Shown one piece after another: positions 1-10,155 of a stretch of 64,000 bases of DNA. A program made the translations under genes and the position numbers. This DNA comes from Arcobacteraceae bacterium (GTDB lineage Bacteria > Campylobacterota > Campylobacteria > Campylobacterales > Arcobacteraceae), in NCBI GenBank assembly GCA_965224485.1, contig CBDCZH010000010.1, forward strand, positions 352,001-416,000, written 5' to 3'. A model generated the notes under the pieces. That model had not been told where the DNA came from. It did no database searches and saw nothing but the letters and a program-made list of their open reading frames with translations. The number at the start of each line of letters is the position of its first letter. Position 1 is the stretch's first letter.

Positions 1-2
1 AA

Positions 3-383
3 AATAAACAAAAACAAGCATTTCTTATATCTCCTTTGAAAAATAAGTATTTAGCCCTTGCAGGTATTTATGAATATTGGTTTGATATGAAAAAAAATAA
101 AAATATTTTAAGTGTAGCTCTTATAACAACTAATCCAAATGAACTTGTTTCTACAATTCACGATAGAATGCCTGTGATTTTAGAGCAAAAAGATTATAAA
201 ATGTATTTAGATGAGAATAGTTCTTTAAGTGATCTTAATTCAGTGTTAAAACCATGCTCTAGTGATATTCTACAAACAAAAGAGTTAAGCTCTTATGTAA
301 ATAGTGTTAAAAATAACTCTAAAAAATGTTTAGAAGATAAAGAAAGTGAAAGTAAAGAATATAAAACTCTTTTTGACTTCTAA
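3..383 (+). CDS. SOS response-associated peptidase (SRAP/YedK family), 5'-truncated by the window edge
   Basis: Frame is open from position 3 (NKQKQAFLISPL...). LAGIYEYW, LITT and IHDRMPVIL are typical of the SRAP C-terminal half. Confidence 0.85.
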   Translation, partial: NKQKQAFLISPLKNKYLALAGIYEYWFDMKKNKNILSVALITTNPNELVSTIHDRMPVILEQKDYKMYLDENSSLSDLNSVLKPCSSDILQTKELSSYVNSVKNNSKKCLEDKESESKEYKTLFDF

Positions 384-387
384 ACTC

Positions 388-1443
388 TTAGAAGTCAAGA
401 GTAATTTTAAAACAAGAACCATCCTTTATATTAGAAACTTCAATTTTCCCATTACAATGTTTTTCTATAATTGTTTTACAAATATAAAGTCCTAAACCTG
501 TTCCATTAAGATCTTTTTTTGTTGAGAAATATGGTTCAAATATTTTATTTTTTATTTTTTCATCTATTCCATTTGCATTATCTTTGATATAAATTATTTG
601 AGAAGTTTCATTTTGTTCAAAATTGATGTTTATTTTTTGATTTTTGATTTCTCTTTGTCTTAAGGCATCTTTTGCATTATTTAAAATATTTAAAATAACT
701 TGTAATAGCATATTCTTACAAAGTAGTATTTCTTCTAGTTCTAAATCTTCTTGTAGTTCTATATTAATTTCATCATTATTAAGGGAAGGGTTTACTATAT
801 TAATAGCTTGCTTACTTAAATTTTGTAAATTTACAAACTCTTTAGTTTTATTTTGCTGTAAAAAACCAGTAAAATCATCAATCGTTTTAGACATATACTG
901 AACATAGTTATTTATCTCATTTATTTTTGTTTTAAAACTTGGAATATCTACATTTTTCATAGCTATTTTTAAATTTAAATTTGCAACAACCGCTGATACT
1001 CTTGTAAGAGGTTGTTTCCATTGATGAGAAATCATAGATATGATTTCCCCCATAGCGGCTAGTCTTGACTGAGTAAGAAGCATTTTCTCTTTTTTCTTTA
1101 ATTCACTTAGGTCAACAATTGAAACCATTTTGAAATCTTTTGCTTTTATTTTTATATCTTTTATTTGAATAATAGCGGGAATTATATTTATATTTTTTGA
1201 TAAAAGAGAAATTTCTTTAAAAGTATTGTGATTATACTCTATGAATTTTTCTTTTGAAGAAGGCAGTAAACAACCACTTGCAAGATTTCCTATGATTTCA
1301 TCTTTTGAATCATATTCTAAGATTTTTAAAAAAGAATTATTTGCATTAACAATGAAACCATCTTTAATTATAATAATACCTTCAATAGTAGCATTAAGTA
1401 TAATATTAATTTCATCAAAAAAATCATCTCGAATATTTTGCAT
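388..1443 (-). CDS. Cytoplasmic PAS-domain sensor histidine kinase
   Basis: PAS-like N-terminus, H-box SHQWKQPL, N-box NILNNAKDA, DNANG and GTGLGL. Likely start is the ATG at 1443 (MQNIRDD); the ORF track starts at 1482. Confidence 0.9.
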   Translation of the reverse strand: MQNIRDDFFDEINIILNATIEGIIIIKDGFIVNANNSFLKILEYDSKDEIIGNLASGCLLPSSKEKFIEYNHNTFKEISLLSKNINIIPAIIQIKDIKIKAKDFKMVSIVDLSELKKKEKMLLTQSRLAAMGEIISMISHQWKQPLTRVSAVVANLNLKIAMKNVDIPSFKTKINEINNYVQYMSKTIDDFTGFLQQNKTKEFVNLQNLSKQAINIVNPSLNNDEINIELQEDLELEEILLCKNMLLQVILNILNNAKDALRQREIKNQKININFEQNETSQIIYIKDNANGIDEKIKNKIFEPYFSTKKDLNGTGLGLYICKTIIEKHCNGKIEVSNIKDGSCFKITLDF

Positions 1444-1520
1444 AATAATCCTTATTAGTAATAGAGATAAAATAATAACCAATATAGTATAATTTTATTA
1501 TTAAAAAGTTTGGAGTTATT

Positions 1521-2267
1521 ATGCTTGATTATATATTATTAGAAAAGTATGCAAAAGATATAAAAGTTTTATTTGTTGAAGATGATGAAGCTATTAGAAA
1601 AGAAGTAAAAGAACTTCTATTAAATATCTTCCCAAGTGTAGATACATCCCCTGATGGTAGAGATGCTTATGAAAAATATATAAATTATTATAAAAATAAT
1701 CAAAAAAACTATGAACTTATAATTACTGATATTAAAATGCCAAACTTAGATGGTGTTTCTTTAAGTGAAAAAATATTTGAACATAATGAAGAACAAGAGC
1801 TAATAGTTCTTTCTGCCCATAATGATTCAAAATATTTACTTAGATTAATTAATTTAGGAATTTCTCAATTTATAAGTAAACCAATAGAAATAGAAAAATT
1901 TATATCTGTTATTTATATTATTTGCGAAAGAATATTTTTAAAACAAAACCAAGGAAAAGAAAAAGAGTCTGTTCTAATAACTCTAAGTACTAAACTAGTT
2001 TGGAATAAAGTAACAAAAAAGCTATATGAAGATGAAACTGCAATAAAACTTACAAAGAAAGAACTTTTGTTAATTGAGCTCTTAATAAAAGAAGGAAAAA
2101 CATATACAATTGAAGAAATAATAAAAATTTTATGGTATGATGACGATGAAACAACGCCAGATTCAAAAAATTTAAAAAATATAATTTCTAGACTTCGTAA
2201 AAAAATTCCAGATTTACTTATAGAAAATGTTTATGGTTTTGGATATAGATTAAATCTGTATACCTAA
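1521..2267 (+). CDS. OmpR-family response regulator, divergent from the kinase
   Basis: VEDD, DIKMPNLDG receiver and a wHTH ending ENVYGFGY. RBS GGAG. Confidence 0.92.
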   Translation: MLDYILLEKYAKDIKVLFVEDDEAIRKEVKELLLNIFPSVDTSPDGRDAYEKYINYYKNNQKNYELIITDIKMPNLDGVSLSEKIFEHNEEQELIVLSAHNDSKYLLRLINLGISQFISKPIEIEKFISVIYIICERIFLKQNQGKEKESVLITLSTKLVWNKVTKKLYEDETAIKLTKKELLLIELLIKEGKTYTIEEIIKILWYDDDETTPDSKNLKNIISRLRKKIPDLLIENVYGFGYRLNLYT

Positions 2268-2328
2268 ACTCTTATAAATGATACTTTCTTATGACTTTGT
2301 ATGGCTATACTTTAATTATAAGGAGTAA

Positions 2329-2517
2329 ATGATGAAACTATTAACATTTTTTATTTTTATTACTTTTATTTTTACTTTCCAAGCTTGTTCAAAATCAAGT
2401 GACCCGGATTATATGAAAAAAGAGTGTAAAGAAAAAGGTCTTACATATACAAAGAGAAATATCTTAAATTATAGAACAGGTGAATACGAAATGAGAAGTC
2501 TTTGTGTCTCTAAATAA
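2329..2517 (+). CDS. Small putative lipoprotein
   Basis: RBS AAGGAG, hydrophobic signal with lipobox FQAC, two further Cys. Confidence 0.7.
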   Translation: MMKLLTFFIFITFIFTFQACSKSSDPDYMKKECKEKGLTYTKRNILNYRTGEYEMRSLCVSK

Positions 2518-2712
2518 AACTAAGTCTATTTTTAGCTATTTCATTTCGTAGTGTCAACTTTACCTCAATAGTATAAACAAACCTTCTTCTTTCTCTAAAT
2601 TACATAAAAACAATCTTTTTTCTTGGAATTTTATAAAAAAAAGTATTTTATCTTTACTATATTGCAAACATTTAGCATAAGTTTTATAAAATAAAAAATA
2701 CAAAGGTAAATA

Positions 2713-3351
2713 ATGATTGATAATGAAATATTAGAAGAAATAAGTGCAACTTATATAAATCATACAGATTTTAATAAAATAATCAAAGATATAAAAGAAG
2801 ATATAAATATCAATTTTTGGGCAGATAAGTTTTGTAGTGAAAGTTTTTATGCAAACCTTGATTTAGCACAAAGTATGTTTGAATACTCTTTACAAAAATG
2901 TGAAGACTTTAGAGCTTATAAAGAATTAGCTTTTGTTGTTGGTAACTCAAATGCTTACAATGATAAACAATGGGCTAGAAAACTTTTAAATACATCAATT
3001 GTGCAAATAACATCTTTAAGAGACTTAAGAGTTTTAGCAGATGAACTATCTTGTGAAAACTTAGGTTTTTATGATAGAGAAATGGCAAGTTCATTATATA
3101 AAGAAGCTATTGAGAAATCAAACAGTGCTTATGAGTTTTATTGTATTGCAGAATCTTTAGCAAATATAAATTTATTAGATGATGAAACTTGGGCTAGAGA
3201 AATATTTTTAAAAGCAGTAGAAGTTTCACAAAATTCTGATGAACTTACTTATATAGCTGATTGTGTAGCTGATGAAGATGGTTTAAATGATGAAGAATGG
3301 GCCCAAGAGTTATATAAAATAGCTCTAGAATTTGATGGAAGTTGCGAATAA
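2713..3351 (+). CDS. Hypothetical alpha-helical repeat protein (~36-aa repeats)
   Basis: Recurrent D-x-x-W-A-x-x-L/I motif (DKQWARKL, DREMASSL, DETWAREI, DEEWAQEL). RBS AAGG. Confidence 0.75.
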   Translation: MIDNEILEEISATYINHTDFNKIIKDIKEDININFWADKFCSESFYANLDLAQSMFEYSLQKCEDFRAYKELAFVVGNSNAYNDKQWARKLLNTSIVQITSLRDLRVLADELSCENLGFYDREMASSLYKEAIEKSNSAYEFYCIAESLANINLLDDETWAREIFLKAVEVSQNSDELTYIADCVADEDGLNDEEWAQELYKIALEFDGSCE

Positions 3352-3352
3352 A

Positions 3353-4315
3353 ATGTCTGTTGCTATTATTTGTTCAGGAGGAGATTGCGCTGGAATGAAT
3401 CCTGCTTTAAAAACTTTTGTAGAAATTCTTAGCTTAAAAAAAATAAAAGCATATTTTATATATGAGGGTTATGAGGGTTTAATAAATAATAATATAAAAG
3501 AAGCTACATATAAAGACGTAAGTAGAATATCCCATCTTGGTGGAACAATAATAAGAACCTCTCGTTCAAAGAGATTTTTTGAATATGAATATAGACAAGA
3601 AGCTTATAATAATTTAAAAAAATTAAATATTTCTAAACTTATAGTTTTAGGAGGAGATGGTTCTTTTAACGCAATGAGTGTTTTTTGTAAAGAGTTTGAT
3701 ATTTCTTTTGTAGGAGTACCAAGTACTATTGATAATGATATTTATAAAAGTGATTATTCTTTAGGTGTAGATACTTGCTTAAATGTAATCAGAAGAGCTT
3801 TAGATGATATAGCTGATACTTCTTCTTCTTTTGCAAGAGCTTTTGTGGTAGAAACTATGGGAAGAGATTGTGGTTATTTAGCTTTAATTTCTTCTTTAAG
3901 TTCAGGGGCTGAAATATGTATTATTCCAGAAATAAAACCTAATTTTACTAAAATTGAAAAACGATTAAAAGAAGAAGTTAAAAATGGAAGAACATATATC
4001 TTAGCTATAGTATCTGAGGGCTCACATTGTACAAAAGAGCTTGCTAGTTTTTTAGAAGACAAAATAAAACTAGAAGCTAGAATTTTAAACCTAGGTCATA
4101 TACAAAGAGGTGGAAACCCAAGTGTAAAAGATAGGTTAATGGCTTATGAATTTATCAATGAAGCATTAAAGGTAATTTTAGGTGCTAAAAAAGTTCAAGG
4201 TATTATTATCTCAAAAGACACAAGATTTGAGTTTTTGCCTATAAAAGAGTTTATAAACAATAAACATGAAATAAAAAAAGAACTTTTAGCCTATGTTCAT
4301 AGATTATCACACTAA
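3353..4315 (+). CDS. pfkA: 6-phosphofructokinase (PfkA family, ATP-type GGDGS)
   Basis: SGGDCAGMN, GGDGS, TIDND, ETMGRDCG and GHIQRGG motifs. Likely start is the ATG at 3353, just after the upstream stop. Confidence 0.93.
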   Translation: MSVAIICSGGDCAGMNPALKTFVEILSLKKIKAYFIYEGYEGLINNNIKEATYKDVSRISHLGGTIIRTSRSKRFFEYEYRQEAYNNLKKLNISKLIVLGGDGSFNAMSVFCKEFDISFVGVPSTIDNDIYKSDYSLGVDTCLNVIRRALDDIADTSSSFARAFVVETMGRDCGYLALISSLSSGAEICIIPEIKPNFTKIEKRLKEEVKNGRTYILAIVSEGSHCTKELASFLEDKIKLEARILNLGHIQRGGNPSVKDRLMAYEFINEALKVILGAKKVQGIIISKDTRFEFLPIKEFINNKHEIKKELLAYVHRLSH

Positions 4316-4376
4316 CTTAAGTTTAATATAATTAAATCTTTTGTACATTACAAATACTAGAATATATAGGAAAAAT

Positions 4377-4658
4377 ATGAATATAGTTAGACAAGAAATT
4401 TATATAGCAAGAAAAGCAAAAAATAAAGAATTGCAAGTTCTTTTATCAAAATTAGTATTGGCAAGTTTATCGTTTGAATCATGTATCTGTTTTGAGATGT
4501 ATCAAAGTGATGATGATATTAATGAGTTTTTAGTTTATTCAGAGTTTAAAGATGATAAAGCTATGAAAGAACATATCAAATTAGTCCAAGATAAAATATT
4601 TAATAACTCTTTTGACGAGTTAGTATTAAAAAAAGAGCTTTTACCAAATTTTGACTAA
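4377..4658 (+). CDS. Antibiotic biosynthesis monooxygenase (ABM)-like protein
   Basis: Size and pattern (CICFEMYQ...EFLVYSEFKD..AMKEH). ATG at 4377 follows AGGA. Confidence 0.65.
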   Translation: MNIVRQEIYIARKAKNKELQVLLSKLVLASLSFESCICFEMYQSDDDINEFLVYSEFKDDKAMKEHIKLVQDKIFNNSFDELVLKKELLPNFD

Positions 4659-4681
4659 AGTTTAGGAAAATTTAATAGCTC

Positions 4682-5182
4682 TTAATATAAGAAGTTGGTT
4701 TTGCCAATTACAATATCATTTGTATTTACAAACCTATCACATTTAACTCCATTTAGGTTTTTACAAATATTACTCCATTTTAAACTATGTCCTGCTTTTG
4801 ATGAGGTGAAATCTTTAAAAATAAACATCAAAGCATGAGCATATTCATGTGGCATAACATCTTTAATCATATACTCACTACTTTCTTGAAATCTTTTTTT
4901 ATTTAAAAATATTGCAATTTTACCTTTTTTATCAATTGTTGCCATTCCAAAGAGTGAAGACTTCAATTTATTACTTATAATAATAGGAATATTTTTTCTT
5001 ATATCATATTTTTCATATGCAAGATTTCTTAATTCTATTGTTTTTGCTCTAATTTCTTTTTTAAGTTTTAGTGATAAATCATTATTTTTAAAAGTATAAT
5101 TCTTGTATAAGGAAAAAACTAAAAATATAGAAGAAGAAAATATTAAAAGAATAAAGAAAAATTTTAATTTTTTTATAAACAA
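4682..5182 (-). CDS. SprT-like zinc metalloprotease domain protein with N-terminal membrane anchor
   Basis: PHEYAH, GH..KW..IC, and an N-terminal hydrophobic helix. Confidence 0.8.
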   Translation of the reverse strand: MFIKKLKFFFILLIFSSSIFLVFSLYKNYTFKNNDLSLKLKKEIRAKTIELRNLAYEKYDIRKNIPIIISNKLKSSLFGMATIDKKGKIAIFLNKKRFQESSEYMIKDVMPHEYAHALMFIFKDFTSSKAGHSLKWSNICKNLNGVKCDRFVNTNDIVIGKTNFLY

Positions 5183-5313
5183 GTTACATCCAATCTAAGT
5201 GCAGTCTAGTTTCACGCTATTTTTAATACAACTAAGCTAATTTTATCACAATATCATATGAATATCACCTCTTCTTACTAGAATCAAATTATATAAAAAA
5301 ATTAGGAGAAAAT

Positions 5314-7005
5314 ATGGATATTAGTCTACAAGCATTTTATGCTGCTTTACCAATATTTGTCGCAGCGGTACTTTTAGTAGGTCTTAAAATACCTGCAAAA
5401 AAAGCAATGCCAGTTGTTTATTTAGTTACATCACTTGTGGCTTATTTAGTTTGGGAAGTTTCTTTTAATAGAATTCTAGCTTCATCTATTCAAGGTCTTC
5501 TTATTACAGTTGCAGTTTTATGGATTATATTTGGAGCTATTTTGCTTTTAAATACATTAAAACACTCAGGTGCAATTGCTGTAATTAGACAAGGTTTTAA
5601 TAATGTTAGTCCTGATAGAAGAGTTCAAGTTATTATAGTAGCTTGGTTATTTGGATCATTTATTGAAGGTGCTTCTGGTTTTGGAACACCTGCTGCAATA
5701 GCAGCTCCTTTAATGGTTGCAATTGGTTTTCCAGCAATGGCTGCTGTTATGATTGGAATGATGATTCAATCAACACCTGTATCTTTTGGTGCAGTTGGAA
5801 CTCCAATTTTAATAGGAGTTAATAAGGGTTTAGATTCTCAAGGTATTGGTGAAACTCTTAGTTCACTTGGTTCTTCATGGGATATTTATTTACAAATTAT
5901 TACTTCAGAAGTTGCAATTGTTCATGCTGTTGTAGGAACATTTATACCTTTATTTATGATTGTTATGATGACTAGATTCTTTGGTCAAAATAGATCCTGG
6001 AGCGAAGGTTTATCTATTATTCCTTTTGCTATTTTTGCAGGACTTGCTTTTACTATTCCTTATGCTTTAACGGGTATTTTTTTAGGAGCTGAGTTTCCTT
6101 CTTTAATAGGAGCACTTGTAGGTTTACCTCTTGTGACTTTTGCTGCTAAAAAAGGTTTTTTAATTCCTAAAGATATTTGGGATTTTGCACCAAAAGAAAA
6201 ATGGCCTCTTCATTGGGTTAGTAAGTTTGAGCTTAAGCTAGATTCTTTAAGCTCTAAAGTTCCTATGTCTTTAAGTAAAGCTTGGCTTCCTTATGTTTTA
6301 GTTGCTGTTATCTTGGTAATTACAAGAGTTTGGGATCAGGCAAATGCTTTTGTTAAATCTTGGGTAATTCCATTTAAAGATATTTTAGGGGAGGGTGTTT
6401 CTTATACTATTACTCCTTTATATCTTCCAGGTGGTATTTTAGTATTTGTAGTTCTTTTAACATATTTTATTCACTCTATGAAGTTTTTTGAAATAAAAGA
6501 AGCCATAAGTGAATCTTCAAAAGTTATGTTAGGAGCAGGGTTTGTTCTTGTTTTTACAATTCCACTAGTTAGAATTTTAATTAACTCAGGAATAAATGAT
6601 GCAGGTTTAGACTCTATGCCTGTAGCAATGGCTAATTATGTTGCTGCTTCTGTTGGTGATATTTATCCACTATTTGCTCCTTTTGTTGGTGCCCTTGGCG
6701 CATTTATAGCTGGAAGTAATACTGTATCAAATATGATGTTATCTCAGTACCAGTTTGGTGTTGCTGATGCGCTTGGACTTTCAACTGCGTTTATGGTTGC
6801 ACTTCAAGCAGTAGGAGCTGCTGCTGGAAATATGATTGCTATTCATAATGTAGTTGCCGCATCTGCAACTGTTGGTTTATTAGATCAAGAAGGACAAACA
6901 TTAAGAAGAACAATAATTCCAACAATTTATTATTGTTTCTTTGCTGGAGTTATTGGTTTAATTGGTATGTATTTTATACCTTTAATAGATCCTTTAATGA
7001 AATAA
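5314..7005 (+). CDS. lctP: L-lactate permease
   Basis: [28 protein letters not shown] and GAAAGNMI LctP motifs; polytopic protein. Confidence 0.92.
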   Translation: MDISLQAFYAALPIFVAAVLLVGLKIPAKKAMPVVYLVTSLVAYLVWEVSFNRILASSIQGLLITVAVLWIIFGAILLLNTLKHSGAIAVIRQGFNNVSPDRRVQVIIVAWLFGSFIEGASGFGTPAAIAAPLMVAIGFPAMAAVMIGMMIQSTPVSFGAVGTPILIGVNKGLDSQGIGETLSSLGSSWDIYLQIITSEVAIVHAVVGTFIPLFMIVMMTRFFGQNRSWSEGLSIIPFAIFAGLAFTIPYALTGIFLGAEFPSLIGALVGLPLVTFAAKKGFLIPKDIWDFAPKEKWPLHWVSKFELKLDSLSSKVPMSLSKAWLPYVLVAVILVITRVWDQANAFVKSWVIPFKDILGEGVSYTITPLYLPGGILVFVVLLTYFIHSMKFFEIKEAISESSKVMLGAGFVLVFTIPLVRILINSGINDAGLDSMPVAMANYVAASVGDIYPLFAPFVGALGAFIAGSNTVSNMMLSQYQFGVADALGLSTAFMVALQAVGAAAGNMIAIHNVVAASATVGLLDQEGQTLRRTIIPTIYYCFFAGVIGLIGMYFIPLIDPLMK

Positions 7006-7008
7006 AGC

Positions 7009-7039
7009 ATATAAAGAGAAGATTTTCTTCTCTTTATAT
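7009..7039 (+). terminator. Intrinsic terminator after lctP
   Basis: 13-bp stem ATATAAAGAGAAG / CTTCTCTTTATAT with a 5-nt loop. Confidence 0.75.
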
Positions 7040-7136
7040 TATAAATAACTTAATAATAAAAGTTATTTTAAAATATATTATTAGCTAATGTAAAATCTTG
7101 TATAATTTTTTATCTGTATAGATAAAAGGTTTTGTT

Positions 7137-8294
7137 ATGAATGGTACTATTGGCATTTCAGTACAAACAAAGTATATTGTTGTAGTTATCATTACAATTT
7201 TATTCTTATCAATTGCAACCTTAATTGGTTCAATTCTCACAATAAATAAAATTTCACAAGATAATATAAATAATTATAAAAATGATGTATATTTAAAAAC
7301 TCAAAAAGAGCTTGCTAACTATGTACAAGTAACTTTACACACTATTGATTCTTTTTATAAAAGAAGCTCAAAAGAAAAAGTAAAATTTGAAGTAAAAACC
7401 CACTTAGAAGAGCAAATGTTTTTACTTTTTTCTGCAATCAAACAACAATATAAGGCTCATAAAAATATTATGAGTGAAGAAGAGTTAAAAACTGATATAA
7501 AAGAGTTAATTAAAGCTATGAGATATGGTGAAAATGGTTATTTTTGGATAAATGATTTAGATGCTAAAATGATAATGCACCCAATTCAGACATCATTAAA
7601 CAATAAAAATTTATTTTCTTTTCGTGATAAAAATGGAAAAAAGATTTTTAAAGAATTTGTAAAAATTGCAAAAGAAAAAGAAGAAGGTTTCCTCTCTTAT
7701 GTTTGGCCAAAACCAGGATTTGAAGAAGCTCAAGAAAAAGTATCTTTTGTTAAACTTTTTAAAGAATTTTCATGGGTGATTGGAACGGGAGAATATATTG
7801 AAGACGTAAGTGAAAGACTAAAAGAAGAAGCAATAAAGACTATTTCACAAATAAGATATGGTGTAAATGGTTATTTTTGGATTAATACTTCTGAACCTAG
7901 AATGGTCATGCATGCAATTCTACCCCAACTTAATGGAAAAGATTTAAGTAATATTCAAGATGCTAATGGTTTGTATTTATTTAAAGAATTTGCAAGAATT
8001 GCGAATGAAAAAAAAGATGGGGCTATTGTTAAATATATGTGGCCAAAACCAGGATATAAAGATGCCCAAAGAAAATTCTCTTATGTTCAAAAGTTTGAAC
8101 CTTGGGATTGGATTGTAGGAACGGGTGCTTATGTTGATGAAGTTGAAGAAAAAGTTTCACTAATGAAGAAAAAAACACAAAGAGGTATTAACATCATTAT
8201 TATTGCATCTGCTATAATATTTATAATAGTATTAGTTGCTATTTCTTTAATAACATTAGCAATATCAACAAAAGACGATAGTAGAAGAGTATAA
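7137..8294 (+). CDS. Membrane-anchored protein with two sCache_2-like domains and no cytoplasmic output domain
   Basis: TM, then two copies of RYG.NGYFWIN...MH...Y.WPKPG...K.S.V..F..W.W..GTG.Y, then TM and a 9-aa tail. Confidence 0.85.
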   Translation: MNGTIGISVQTKYIVVVIITILFLSIATLIGSILTINKISQDNINNYKNDVYLKTQKELANYVQVTLHTIDSFYKRSSKEKVKFEVKTHLEEQMFLLFSAIKQQYKAHKNIMSEEELKTDIKELIKAMRYGENGYFWINDLDAKMIMHPIQTSLNNKNLFSFRDKNGKKIFKEFVKIAKEKEEGFLSYVWPKPGFEEAQEKVSFVKLFKEFSWVIGTGEYIEDVSERLKEEAIKTISQIRYGVNGYFWINTSEPRMVMHAILPQLNGKDLSNIQDANGLYLFKEFARIANEKKDGAIVKYMWPKPGYKDAQRKFSYVQKFEPWDWIVGTGAYVDEVEEKVSLMKKKTQRGINIIIIASAIIFIIVLVAISLITLAISTKDDSRRV

Positions 8295-8561
8295 ATGGAT
8301 TATAAAGAGTTTGAAGAAGCAGTTGATTTTTTAGGAATTTTATCTAGAACTTCAAAAAAAGATTTAAAAAAGAAGTATTTGAAACTTTGCAAAAGATACC
8401 ATCCCGATGTTCAAAATGGTTGTAATGAAAAGTTTTTAAAGTTAAAAAAGTCTTATGACTTATTAAGTTCTTATATGGATAGTTTTGAGTTTATCTGTGA
8501 TGAAGATGAGTTTAAAGAACAAAACCCATCTTTTATGAATTATAAAAATTGGAATAAATAA
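8295..8561 (+). CDS. Small J-domain (DnaJ-like) protein
   Basis: YLKLCKRYHPD...FLKLKKSYDLL. ATG abuts the upstream stop. Confidence 0.85.
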   Translation: MDYKEFEEAVDFLGILSRTSKKDLKKKYLKLCKRYHPDVQNGCNEKFLKLKKSYDLLSSYMDSFEFICDEDEFKEQNPSFMNYKNWNK

Positions 8562-8570
8562 GGAAAAAAG

Positions 8571-9428
8571 ATGTATGAAAATCAAGTAAGAGATTTAAGT
8601 TTTGCTTCTTTGGTTGCTGATGCTCATTGTTTAGGAACACATTGGATATATGATGAAAAAGAGTTGAAAAAAGATGATATAGATTGGCATAACTTATCTA
8701 ATGCAAGAGCAGTATGGCATAAGGGAAAACTATCAGGCCAGTTTACTCATTATGGGGAACAGTTATATTTCTTATATAAGTTCTTAGAAGATAAAAACAG
8801 TTTTAACTTAGAAGAATATATGAATTATTGGTATAAAAAAATGTCTATTTCTAATTCTTATATTGATAGTGCTAGTAAAGAAACCATGATTAATATGCAA
8901 AATAAAAAAACTCTTCCTTGTGGTTCTAATTCACATGATTTATCAATAATTGGAAGAATTACACCCTTATTAAAGGTATCACAAAATAAAAGTGAATTTT
9001 TAAGTAATGTACAACTTTTTGTAAAAGCAAGCCATAATAACTCTTCTGTTTTGGAAACAGCTGATTTTTTCGCAAATTTATTATTAGAAGTTTTAGAAAA
9101 CAATGATATAAAAAGCTCTATTTCTTCTTTAAAATTAAACTATTCAAGTTTACTTCAATCTTATATAAAACAAGCCCAAGATGTTTTAAACGATGATAGT
9201 TTCAAAGTAATAAATAATTTTGGAATAGCTTGCAGTATTGAGGGTGGTTTTCCTTCTGTTATTTATATTTTATTAAAATATGATAATTTGGAAGAAGCTT
9301 TATTGGCAAATGCAAAAGCAGGAGGGGATAACTCTTCTCGTGCAATGATAATTGCTTTTATTCTAAGTGCAAGAAAGAAAACAAATCAACTTCCTTCTTC
9401 TTGGACTAGGATAAAAGCAAAAATATAA
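8571..9428 (+). CDS. ADP-ribosylglycohydrolase family protein
   Basis: VADAH.LG.HW, NAKAGGDNSSR and overall length. Confidence 0.8.
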   Translation: MYENQVRDLSFASLVADAHCLGTHWIYDEKELKKDDIDWHNLSNARAVWHKGKLSGQFTHYGEQLYFLYKFLEDKNSFNLEEYMNYWYKKMSISNSYIDSASKETMINMQNKKTLPCGSNSHDLSIIGRITPLLKVSQNKSEFLSNVQLFVKASHNNSSVLETADFFANLLLEVLENNDIKSSISSLKLNYSSLLQSYIKQAQDVLNDDSFKVINNFGIACSIEGGFPSVIYILLKYDNLEEALLANAKAGGDNSSRAMIIAFILSARKKTNQLPSSWTRIKAKI

Positions 9429-9440
9429 ATGAAAAAAAGA

Positions 9441-10067
9441 CTAAAAATAGATATTGCAACTTAAATCTTTAATCTGTTTTACGATTTTATTGGCTTCATT
9501 AAAAGTGATATTTATAGGATAAGCTTCTTTTTTGTATTGTAAAACTAAAGAAGGGAAAGAGTTTATTTTAAGTCTGTTTTTTTGTTTTAAATCATTTTGA
9601 AACAAAAGAAGTGTTTTTTGTGAGTTTAAATCTTTTTTAAATTTATTAATATCTAAAGAAATACTTTTTGCAATATTTATTAAAATATTTTCTTCACTTG
9701 GATTTAATGCTTTTGTATAATATGCTTCTTGAATAGCTTCTAACATCTCTTCTTCTTTATTTTGCACTCTTGCTGCTATTACTGCTTGACAAGAGAGATA
9801 AGTTGAGCGTTTCGCTATATTTCTACTCCAAAAGTTGTGATTGAATTTTACGCCTAAATCTTTTTCAATTCTTTTCCACGTATTTTGAATATTTATTTTT
9901 AGCTCTGTACTCATTTCCTCATTTGAGGTTTTAGCTAATCCTCCTGCAATATAAATAATATTTACATTTGAGTCAAGATTTTTTTTTACTTCTTCAAGTG
10001 TTTTAGCAAAAGCATAACACCAAGAGCACATAGGGTCATAAATATAATATAAGTTACTTTTTATCAT
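9441..10067 (-). CDS. DsbA/FrnE-like thioredoxin family protein
   Basis: YDPMCSWCY and a C-terminal SFPSL cis-Pro motif. Confidence 0.85.
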   Translation of the reverse strand: MIKSNLYYIYDPMCSWCYAFAKTLEEVKKNLDSNVNIIYIAGGLAKTSNEEMSTELKINIQNTWKRIEKDLGVKFNHNFWSRNIAKRSTYLSCQAVIAARVQNKEEEMLEAIQEAYYTKALNPSEENILINIAKSISLDINKFKKDLNSQKTLLLFQNDLKQKNRLKINSFPSLVLQYKKEAYPINITFNEANKIVKQIKDLSCNIYF

Positions 10068-10155
10068 AAAGAAATAATATCAAATTTTTTATTATCTCAA
10101 ATAAAGTAAAAAAATTTTTTAATAAATAAAGTATAATTTAATAAAAGGAATAAAA

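Noticed and set aside
2283..2311. ACTTT-N6-ACTTT before TATACT as an operator for the RR at 1521..2267
   Set aside because: The geometry fits, but only 5 bp repeat in very AT-rich DNA, which is too weak to call.
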